DNA of 64,000 nucleotides from an uncultured bacterium (GTDB lineage Bacteria; Zixibacteria; MSB-5A5; GN15; FEB-12): NCBI GenBank assembly GCA_965372795.1, contig CBDVDR010000013.1, positions 1 to 64,000 of the forward strand, read 5' to 3'. Shown piece by piece: positions 56,170 to 64,000 of this stretch (position 1 is its first letter; each line of letters starts with the position of its first letter). The notes under the pieces were generated by a model. It saw only the letters and a program-made list of their open reading frames with translations, ran no database searches and was not told where the DNA came from. The position numbers and the translations under genes were made by a program.

Positions 56170-56820
56170 ATGACAGAAAATCCAAAAATTGAAAAAATTA
56201 GTAAAAATTATAAGGGTATTACAATTCAAATTTCCGGTTTTGAGGAACCGCTTATCGTTTCTCAGGATACAATTATCCGACATAAACTGGTTAATGAAAT
56301 TATCTTAACCCCTTCTCAGATTGAAATATTAAAAGAGGAATCGGAATTTTACCTGTGCAATCAACAGACAGCGCGATTGCTTGGTATGAGATCCCATTCA
56401 GTAGGCGAAATACGCCAAAAGCTTAAAATTAGAAAATTCAGTTCAGATACTATAAAAAAAATAATCAAAAAATATACAAATCAGGGTGTTCTTGATGATA
56501 CCCAATATGCTTATCAACTGGCAAAAAATATTCTCGAAAGAAAACCATGCGGAAAACCGTATTTGGTGGCTCATCTTCAGAGAAAACAAATTGACCGGAT
56601 GATTGCTGAAAATGTTGTTGAAACCGTCCTTAACGATCATAACCAGATCGACCTGGCAATTGCCTCGCTTGGGAAAAAGTGGTTGTCGTTCAGTAAGTTT
56701 GAACTTGAAACAGCCCGCAAAAAATCTTATAATTACTTATCCCGTCGAGGTTTTAGTTATGGTATCGCCCGGGAAGCCTTTGAAAATTTAAATAGTACAA
56801 ATAAGGAATTTGATCATTAA
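56170..56820 (+). CDS. recX: Regulatory protein RecX
   Basis: RSHSVGEIRQKL, LDDTQYA, YLSRRGFS; directly upstream of alaS. Confidence 0.85.
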   Translation: MTENPKIEKISKNYKGITIQISGFEEPLIVSQDTIIRHKLVNEIILTPSQIEILKEESEFYLCNQQTARLLGMRSHSVGEIRQKLKIRKFSSDTIKKIIKKYTNQGVLDDTQYAYQLAKNILERKPCGKPYLVAHLQRKQIDRMIAENVVETVLNDHNQIDLAIASLGKKWLSFSKFELETARKKSYNYLSRRGFSYGIAREAFENLNSTNKEFDH

Positions 56821-59449
56821 AACATCAGAAATCAGACAAAAATATATAGATTTTTTCGCTCAGCGTGATCATAAATTAATCCCCTCCTCTCCTGTTATTC
56901 CCTTTAACGATCCGACTATTCTGTTTATTAATGCCGGGATGAATCAATTTAAGGATATTTTCACCGGACAACGAAAAGTTAATTTCTCCCGTGCAGTCAG
57001 TTGTCAAAAATGTATCCGTGCCGGCGGGAAACATAACGATCTGGATAATGTCGGCTTCACTGCCCGTCATCATACTTTTTTTGAGATGCTTGGCAATTTT
57101 TCATTTGGCGATTACTTCAAAGAACAGGCGATTGCCTATGCGTGGGAATTTTTTACTGAAGATCTCAAATTATCAAAAGACAAGTTGTATGTCACCGTTT
57201 ACGAAACTGATAATGATGCCTTTGAACTTTGGGGAAAAATTGCACCTGAATTAAAGAACGGACGAATCCTTCGTTTTGGAAAAAAAGATAACTATTGGTC
57301 GATGGGTGCCGTGGGACCATGCGGTCCCTGTTCGGAAATCCATTATGACCGGGGTGAAAAATACGGCACCGGACCGGAAGATGTTGTTAATGGTGAGACC
57401 GACCGCTTTGTTGAAATTTGGAATCTGGTCTTTATGCAATACGACCAGCTTCCCGATGGAACCGTTGTTGATCTGCCAAAACCATCGGTCGACACCGGAG
57501 CCGGTCTGGAACGGTTAGCCTGCATTTTACAAAACACCGATACAAATTATGGCATTGATATTTTCAAAAGTCTGATTGAAACAATTGCTGAAATTACCAG
57601 CTCCAAATATGAAGATCATGCTACTACCCATCATATCATTGCCGATCATGTCCGGGCATTGTCATTTGCAATTGCCGATGGTGCCGGGATTTCTAACGAA
57701 GGTCAGGGCTATGTTCTCCGTCGTATTTTAAGAAGAGCCGCTCGTCATGGTCGATCACTTGGGATGCACGAACCGTTTATATATAAATTGCTCCCAAAAC
57801 TTGTTGAATTGATGGGTGAAGCTTATCCGGAACTAAAAGAAAAACAGAATCATATCGAATCAATTATAAAAACCGAAGAGGAAGCCTTTGGACGCACTCT
57901 TGACACCGGTTTGGAGCTGTTTGAAAAGATTTCTGAAAAAGTAAAAGGCTCAAATAATAATATCGTTCCGGGAGAAGATGTTTTCAAACTATACGACACC
58001 TATGGCTTCCCCTATGATCTGACCGAGATAATCGCTGAAGAACATGGTTTAAAACTCGACCAGAATGGTTTTAACAAAGCGATGGATCTACAAAAAGAAA
58101 AATCTCGCGCCGGAGCATCTTTCAATTTAGCAACGGGTGCTTCTCGAGCTGTTATTGATGAAGTTATAAATAAACTTGGAACAGATGGTGAAACGAATAT
58201 TATTCGTGGTAAGTTAAAAATTGATTCATCAATTAATTTTGCTAATTCCGGTGATGGAAATACCGGAGCCATTGTTTTAAGTGAATCCCCTTTCTATTGT
58301 GAGTCCGGCGGTCAGATAAGTGATATAGGGATTATTTTCTCAGATACTTTTACATTTGATGTTACCGGGTTGGAACAACATCAAAATTACTTAATCCATT
58401 TAGGCGATTTTGTTAAAGGTTCTTCCAGTGATGCCAACAGTTGCAAGGCAGTTACTGCCGAAGTTAATTATGAACGGCGCTGGGATATAATGCGCAATCA
58501 TACTGCCACCCATCTGGCTCATGCGGCTTTGCGAAAATTACTCGGGAAACATATATCTCAAAAAGGTTCTTATGTCGGACCGGACCGATTAAGATTCGAT
58601 TTTTCTCATACTCAACCGATGACCGATGATGAAATTTCAAAAATTGAAAATATGGTCAATGAACATATTTTAACAGGAAATGAAGTCATAACTGACCAGA
58701 TGAAAATCGAGGATGCCAAAAAATCCGGCGCCATGGCTTTGTTTGGTGAAAAATATGATGACGAGGTTCGGGTTGTCTCGGTTGGTGATTTTTCCAAAGA
58801 GCTTTGCGGAGGAACTCATGTTAAGTATGCCAGCCAAATAGGGTCCTTTGTGATTACTCTTGAAACCGGAATCGCCTCGGGGGTCAGACGGATGGAAGCT
58901 ATAACCGGGAAAGAAGCAATAAAATATCTGTTAAAGGCTAAGAATTTCAGACATAATGTTGCCAGTTCGTTGAATCGGCAGGAAAATGATGACCTTCTCG
59001 ATGCTGTAACCCAGCTCCGAGATCAAAATATCTCATTGCAAAAAGAGATCAAAAAAGTAAAAGCTGAGATGTTTGCCAATGCTTCAATAGGAAGTATTGG
59101 TATTACCACTCAAATAGGCGATATTACTGTTGTACAACACGATTTCCTTGAAACAGACCGGGATACAATGTCAGGATGGATTGACAGCCAGAAAGAATCA
59201 GAAAAACCAATTGTTGCATTTGCCCTGGGAATTGTTAATACTAAGAAAACATATATCGCTTCGGCTAGTAAAGCAGCCATCAATATTTCAGGAATTCATA
59301 TAGGTAATCTTTCTAAGGAATTGCTGAGCAGTTTTGGCGGTCGTGGCGGAGGTAAACCGAACTTTGCTCAAGGGTCGGTTGCTGATGCAACTAACCCTGA
59401 TGAGTTTTTTAAAAAGGCATTGAGTTTTATCCCTGAAGGGGACCAATAA
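56810..59449 (+). CDS. alaS: Alanine--tRNA ligase
   Basis: NAGMNQFK, HHTFFEMLGNFSFGDYFK, DTGAGLER, NHTATH, ELCGGTH, GGRGGG. Confidence 0.97.
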   Translation: MIIKTSEIRQKYIDFFAQRDHKLIPSSPVIPFNDPTILFINAGMNQFKDIFTGQRKVNFSRAVSCQKCIRAGGKHNDLDNVGFTARHHTFFEMLGNFSFGDYFKEQAIAYAWEFFTEDLKLSKDKLYVTVYETDNDAFELWGKIAPELKNGRILRFGKKDNYWSMGAVGPCGPCSEIHYDRGEKYGTGPEDVVNGETDRFVEIWNLVFMQYDQLPDGTVVDLPKPSVDTGAGLERLACILQNTDTNYGIDIFKSLIETIAEITSSKYEDHATTHHIIADHVRALSFAIADGAGISNEGQGYVLRRILRRAARHGRSLGMHEPFIYKLLPKLVELMGEAYPELKEKQNHIESIIKTEEEAFGRTLDTGLELFEKISEKVKGSNNNIVPGEDVFKLYDTYGFPYDLTEIIAEEHGLKLDQNGFNKAMDLQKEKSRAGASFNLATGASRAVIDEVINKLGTDGETNIIRGKLKIDSSINFANSGDGNTGAIVLSESPFYCESGGQISDIGIIFSDTFTFDVTGLEQHQNYLIHLGDFVKGSSSDANSCKAVTAEVNYERRWDIMRNHTATHLAHAALRKLLGKHISQKGSYVGPDRLRFDFSHTQPMTDDEISKIENMVNEHILTGNEVITDQMKIEDAKKSGAMALFGEKYDDEVRVVSVGDFSKELCGGTHVKYASQIGSFVITLETGIASGVRRMEAITGKEAIKYLLKAKNFRHNVASSLNRQENDDLLDAVTQLRDQNISLQKEIKKVKAEMFANASIGSIGITTQIGDITVVQHDFLETDRDTMSGWIDSQKESEKPIVAFALGIVNTKKTYIASASKAAINISGIHIGNLSKELLSSFGGRGGGKPNFAQGSVADATNPDEFFKKALSFIPEGDQ

Positions 59450-59450
59450 T

Positions 59451-60215
59451 ATGAACGGTGAAATTTATAGCAAACTTCTCAAATCAAAAGAAGAAAACGG
59501 CGCCGGATTTTTGATGTTAATCGATCCGGATAAAATTCCTGAAGATAACTATCTGGCTCTGGCTGATGCTGCTGATAATTGCGGTGTAGATGCAATATTG
59601 GTGGGCACTTCTTTTATGTTAAGTGTTAATTTCCCTATCGCTGTTAAAAAGATCAAAGAAAGAACCGAAAAACCGGTTATTATTTTTCCGGGATCATTCG
59701 CCCAGATAAATCAATTCGCCGATGCGATTCTGTTTTCTTCATTGCTGTCCGGAAGAAACCCTACCTATTTAATTGAAGAACAGATCAAAGGGGCGCCGCT
59801 TATCAAACGCTGTGGCATCGAGCCGATTCCTACCGGATATTTACTGATTGAATCGGGTGGGGTTACATCAGTTCTTTATATTTCCGGCACCCAACCTATC
59901 CCGCGTGAAAAAGGTGATATTGCCTGTGCTCATGCACTTGCCGCCCAATATATGGGCATGAAGCTTGTTTATCTCGAAGCAGGTTCTGGAGCAACAGACC
60001 CGGTTCCTACAAAAATGGTTCAACAGGTTTCTTCTTATATCGATATTCCGGTCATCGTAGGCGGCGGATTAACTTCCCCTGATGATTGTGCTGAAAGAGT
60101 TGCCGCCGGTGCTTCATTTATAGTTGTCGGTAACCGTCTGGAGCATGGTCATGATTTGGATTATATTCGTGATCTGGCTGCGGCTGTTCATCATAAAGGA
60201 CCAATCACAGTATGA
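59451..60215 (+). CDS. Geranylgeranylglyceryl phosphate synthase family protein (group II-like)
   Basis: LIDPDK, IFPG, SLLSGRNPTYLI, PTGYLLIESG, YLEAGSGA, VGGG. Confidence 0.88.
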   Translation: MNGEIYSKLLKSKEENGAGFLMLIDPDKIPEDNYLALADAADNCGVDAILVGTSFMLSVNFPIAVKKIKERTEKPVIIFPGSFAQINQFADAILFSSLLSGRNPTYLIEEQIKGAPLIKRCGIEPIPTGYLLIESGGVTSVLYISGTQPIPREKGDIACAHALAAQYMGMKLVYLEAGSGATDPVPTKMVQQVSSYIDIPVIVGGGLTSPDDCAERVAAGASFIVVGNRLEHGHDLDYIRDLAAAVHHKGPITV

Positions 60216-60799
60216 CTAAAAAAGAAACCCTGGCGCGAATAAAAGAACTTGCCGCTGAAGCTGCCGTCCTTCGCAAAACTGTTGTAGAACAGCTAAGTGA
60301 AAAGCTTCTTGAAGTTTCAGCAGTTTTCTCGGGCGTGATCGGTTCCGGAGGAAAAATTTTAATTGCCGGCAATGGCGGTTCGGCAGCCGATGCCCAGCAT
60401 TTTGCCGGGGAAATGATTGTCAGACTGACTTCAGAACGAAACCGTCAGTCGCTTCCGGCAATATCTTTAACATCCGACACTGCGGTCATTACTGCCTGTG
60501 CCAACGATTATGGGTTTGATAAAATATTTTCTCGACAGGTAGAAGGTCTTGGCAATAAAGGTGATTTATTGTTTGTTATATCAACTTCTGGCAATTCCAA
60601 AAACCTTATTGAAGCTGTCAAAACAGCTAAAGATAAAGGCATCTTAACTGTCGGTCTGCTTGGTAATAATGGCGGGAAACTTGGAAAGATGGTTGACCGT
60701 TCGCTAACTATCCCCCACCCATCAACCCAGCGAATCCAGGAAGAACATATCTTTTTTATTCACTTATTAGTAGAATTGGTTGAACGAGACCTGTTCTGA
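60212..60799 (+). CDS. gmhA: D-sedoheptulose 7-phosphate isomerase
   Basis: GNGGSAADAQH, NDYG, FSRQV, ISTSGNS, RIQEEH. Confidence 0.93.
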   Translation: MTKKETLARIKELAAEAAVLRKTVVEQLSEKLLEVSAVFSGVIGSGGKILIAGNGGSAADAQHFAGEMIVRLTSERNRQSLPAISLTSDTAVITACANDYGFDKIFSRQVEGLGNKGDLLFVISTSGNSKNLIEAVKTAKDKGILTVGLLGNNGGKLGKMVDRSLTIPHPSTQRIQEEHIFFIHLLVELVERDLF

Positions 60800-62055
60800 T
60801 GCATATCAATTCTCTGACCACAGATAAAATATTCCTTTATTTCTTCTTTGCCATTTCTCTTTTCTGTTCCACTTTTTCAATTGCCATATCACAATTATCG
60901 CTGGGAATTGCCTTAGTTCTCTTTGTCAAATTCTCAATTAATAACAAAATTTTCAATCAGAATTCTATACTTAAAAAAATATATTTAATAATAATTATAT
61001 ATATATTGTGGAATATCCTCGCTGAAATAATGACTAAAGGATTAATTAGTTCATTAAACATTTTCTCCGAAGAATGGCTGTTTTTGATGCTTCCTATTGG
61101 AGTATTTGTATTGGCTGAGGCTGAAATCAGGGATAAGATATTTTCTGTGCTTGCTGTTGGAGTTATTCTAATTTCACTTTATGGTATTTTACAATATTTT
61201 ACCGGAGTTACTTTTTTTAAAGATGCAACTCTGACTCAAATACCTGAGTTTGGCTATCGTGCCGCCGGGAATTTTCACACCTTGACCTTTGCAAATTATT
61301 TCGGGATTGCTGCGATCTTTTTTATAGTATTATCATTTTATCAAAACGAATCGGTCAGTTCCAAACAGAAAATTTTATTTCGAACAGCCGGCATGACTGC
61401 TCTGACAGCTGTTATTCTAAGTCTAAGCCGGGGGGCGTTATTTGGCTTATTTATTGTTTCGATTTTTTCTAATTTCTATCTAAAAGGAAAAATGAAGCTA
61501 ACTGCTTTAATTATATTCGGGGTACTGATTGCCGGATTTGCTGCTCTTCCGGGAATGTCAGATCGGTTTATTGAGTCTATTCCAATCCATCTGGCTGGAG
61601 AATATGAAGGCGGGCGGGGGTTTATCTGGAAACATACCCTTGAAATTATCGCTGATAACCCAATTTGGGGGATTGGTCATGGTAATTTTATGGAAATTTT
61701 CCTTCAATATGTTCGACCTGATCTACCCAAATGGTGGCACCCGGGGCATGCTCATAATGATTATTTGCAAATTTCAGCAGTTTCAGGAATTCCTGCTTTA
61801 ATAATATTTCTGACAATGTATTTCCATGTCGCTTTTTCTTTGTTTAAAAGCAGTATTAGCAAGGACTTCCCCAAAAACGGCATCTTAACGGCATCATTTT
61901 TATCAATGTTATTTATTATTATAATTTCATTATCAAACGACCCTTTTCAGGATGATGAGGTTAGATATCTGATCATGTTTATTTGGGCAGCCGGTTTATC
62001 AGTTATTGCAAAACATTCCGGAACCTCAGAATCACTTGATTGTAAAAAGACTTGA
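60799..62055 (+). CDS. O-antigen ligase family protein
   Basis: Many TM segments, SRG, R..IW...P..GIG.GNF, HAHN. Confidence 0.82.
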   Translation: MHINSLTTDKIFLYFFFAISLFCSTFSIAISQLSLGIALVLFVKFSINNKIFNQNSILKKIYLIIIIYILWNILAEIMTKGLISSLNIFSEEWLFLMLPIGVFVLAEAEIRDKIFSVLAVGVILISLYGILQYFTGVTFFKDATLTQIPEFGYRAAGNFHTLTFANYFGIAAIFFIVLSFYQNESVSSKQKILFRTAGMTALTAVILSLSRGALFGLFIVSIFSNFYLKGKMKLTALIIFGVLIAGFAALPGMSDRFIESIPIHLAGEYEGGRGFIWKHTLEIIADNPIWGIGHGNFMEIFLQYVRPDLPKWWHPGHAHNDYLQISAVSGIPALIIFLTMYFHVAFSLFKSSISKDFPKNGILTASFLSMLFIIIISLSNDPFQDDEVRYLIMFIWAAGLSVIAKHSGTSESLDCKKT

Positions 62056-62089
62056 CATAATTTAACAATTTCGTTTTTTAAAGACTAAT

Positions 62090-62341
62090 ATGAATGACAA
62101 AGTAAAAAAGAAAAGTTCAGACAGCTCCGATGAATTTAAATGGCCCTTTGGGACAAGAAATTATATCGTCTTTGCTGTTGCCCTGTTAGTGATTATTGTC
62201 GGCTACATCTCACTTGGTCAGGGTTCCATCACTTTAGCTCCAATCCTTCTGGTGCTTGGCTATTGTGTACTTATTCCAACCGCATTAATTATTCGTGGAG
62301 ACAGCAAAGTCCCTGCTACTGAATCTGTCCCTGAAAATTAG
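62090..62341 (+). CDS. Small two-TM membrane protein (DUF3098-like)
   Basis: F...NY...GY...TLAPILLVLGY pattern. Confidence 0.65.
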   Translation: MNDKVKKKSSDSSDEFKWPFGTRNYIVFAVALLVIIVGYISLGQGSITLAPILLVLGYCVLIPTALIIRGDSKVPATESVPEN

Positions 62342-62363
62342 TTGGATTATAAAATTATCATTT

Positions 62364-62396
62364 AAAAAGGGAGCAATGATCTGCTCCCTTTTTTTT
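62364..62396. terminator. Bidirectional intrinsic terminator
   Basis: AAAAAGGGAGCA...TGCTCCCTTTTTTTT between convergent genes. Confidence 0.85.
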
Positions 62397-62402
62397 AAAT
62401 TG

Positions 62403-64000
62403 TTAGCTTTGATACTCGTTTAATTTATTTGAGTAGATCGTGATAAGGTTTTCTGTTTCCTCTTCACTTTCAGATTCCGCCAGAATATTAAACGAAGCCG
62501 TAACTAAATCCGGAGCCAGCAGAACCCAGCCGTTTCCTTCAAATATTCTGATACCATCAACCAGCTCGCGTTTTTGCTGCTCGGTATCATTAATCAGTTG
62601 CCTCATGATAGTTCCCTTTTTTGCCCAGGGACATGAGATTGAGATTTCTCTTCTATGATATTTTTCAAATTCATTTCTAAGATTTTTAATTCTGCTTTTT
62701 GTAGATGCAAGCATCTCTAAAATTTTTACAGCTGACAACATCGCATCAGCACCAAGCTGGAAGCCTGGGAAAATAAAACCACCGCGGGTACCGCCGACAA
62801 AATCAACATCCCCTCTTCGATGGATATCCATCATTGATAAATGGTTATTGGGAATCCTGACTACTTCGACCTTATATTTTTTTGCTATTTCATCAATTCC
62901 CATCGATGAAGATACAGGAACGGCAATTCTTTTGGGACTATGGGTTCGGCAAAAAAGTTCGGTTACCATCAATTGCAAAACATAGCTATCCACCGGATTG
63001 CCATCTTCATCTACCAATGAAAGTTTCTCTGCAGCAGGGTTTAGAAGAAAGCCGACATCGGCTTTTAAAGAAGATACGATTGAGCAGACCTGAACCAGAG
63101 CCTGGCTATATTCTTCAGGTGAGGTAGAAAATTTGCGCGGGTTAAGGCTGGCATTTAATTCAATCGCTGATATCCCGAGGTTAAAAAACAGGGTGGGAAA
63201 TATTTGACTGGAGGATCCGTTGGAATGATCTATTACAACTTTGAATCCGGCGTTTTGAATTATTTCATGATCAAAACTTTCAATAAATTTCACCCGGTAT
63301 TCTTCAAGAACTCGTGCCGGTGCTTCAAGATGCCCGATATTATCAAGAGTGGCTCTTTCAAAGTCTTCCCCGGCATACATCCGTTCGACTTTTTTAAGTT
63401 TCACCGTCGGCATATCGATACCATTACCATCAAAAAATATCATATCGATCAAGCGATAGTCTTCCGGATTATGTCTGATATAAATTCCGGCACCATATTT
63501 TCCTTCAGACAGAGCATATCTCACAACCGGAACAGGCAAAGTTTCAATATCGAAAACATTGACTCCGGCGGCTAACAACCCGGAGATCATGCCTCTTTTT
63601 AACAGGCGTGAGTTATCAGAAGCATCTCGACTGATAACAACCGAATTTCCCTGCCCTAAAAAAGCTCCAAAAGCAGCCCCGACTTTTACAGCCATTTCCG
63701 GTGTAATTTCGGTTAAAGCTAATCCGGTGATTTTTGAATTTGTAAACAGCTCCCGATTCCATTTCTCGCCCCAGACCATCGAAGTTGAAACGATGGCACC
63801 GCTATCAACCGTTTTTCCGGGCCAGATTTTACAGTTGGCTTTAATAGTAGCTGATTCACCGATTGTCGATTCATCGGCAATTATAACATTATCTAAGAGT
63901 TGGACATTATGACTGATACTTGTATTGCGGCAAACAATCGACCGGCTCATTCTGGATTCCGAACCGATAAGATTATCTTCCCAGATAATAGAATTCTTTA
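62403..64000 (-). CDS. Mannose-1-phosphate guanylyltransferase / phosphomannomutase-like fusion, 5' end outside window
   Basis: Frame stays open to the window edge; hexapeptide-like repeats and KIWPGK, then a phosphohexomutase-like domain. Confidence 0.8.
   Translation of the reverse strand, partial: KNSIIWEDNLIGSESRMSRSIVCRNTSISHNVQLLDNVIIADESTIGESATIKANCKIWPGKTVDSGAIVSTSMVWGEKWNRELFTNSKITGLALTEITPEMAVKVGAAFGAFLGQGNSVVISRDASDNSRLLKRGMISGLLAAGVNVFDIETLPVPVVRYALSEGKYGAGIYIRHNPEDYRLIDMIFFDGNGIDMPTVKLKKVERMYAGEDFERATLDNIGHLEAPARVLEEYRVKFIESFDHEIIQNAGFKVVIDHSNGSSSQIFPTLFFNLGISAIELNASLNPRKFSTSPEEYSQALVQVCSIVSSLKADVGFLLNPAAEKLSLVDEDGNPVDSYVLQLMVTELFCRTHSPKRIAVPVSSSMGIDEIAKKYKVEVVRIPNNHLSMMDIHRRGDVDFVGGTRGGFIFPGFQLGADAMLSAVKILEMLASTKSRIKNLRNEFEKYHRREISISCPWAKKGTIMRQLINDTEQQKRELVDGIRIFEGNGWVLLAPDLVTASFNILAESESEEETENLITIYSNKLNEYQS

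Noticed and set aside
55973..56820. recX without an upstream recA
   Set aside because: recX is often unlinked from recA; no recA remnant is visible and nothing unusual is supported

Overview
AT-rich bacterial chromosomal segment. An FN3+dockerin protein, a membrane+TPR protein and a group II GGGP synthase suggest an FCB-group organism such as candidate division Zixibacteria (inference, not tested). From left to right: (i) a sigma54-driven two-gene operon, a candidate ~370-nt small RNA, an FN3/dockerin protein and an S9 peptidase; (ii) a Dcm/EcoRII/Vsr restriction-modification cassette framed by long inverted repeats; (iii) paired M14 carboxypeptidases (one apparently inactive), an SSS transporter, a porin, an RRM protein and a lipoprotein caspase-like protease; (iv) a 12.7-kb respiratory operon joining a cytoplasmic NAD(P)H flavo-FeS protein, a Rieske/cytochrome b complex, a decaheme cytochrome c, a Tat-exported nitrate reductase and NapGH, divergent from a Moco-riboswitch-led molybdenum cofactor operon with no moaDE; (v) an accessory region downstream of tRNA-Ser(CGA) built of two tandem, integrase-less cassettes with shared end sequences, one carrying an Rhs toxin operon with a possible pore-forming partner; (vi) housekeeping genes (tadA, hemW, lepB, recX, alaS, GGGPS, gmhA, O-antigen ligase, truncated GMPP/PMM). 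All calls come from motif reading by eye; no database searches were run.
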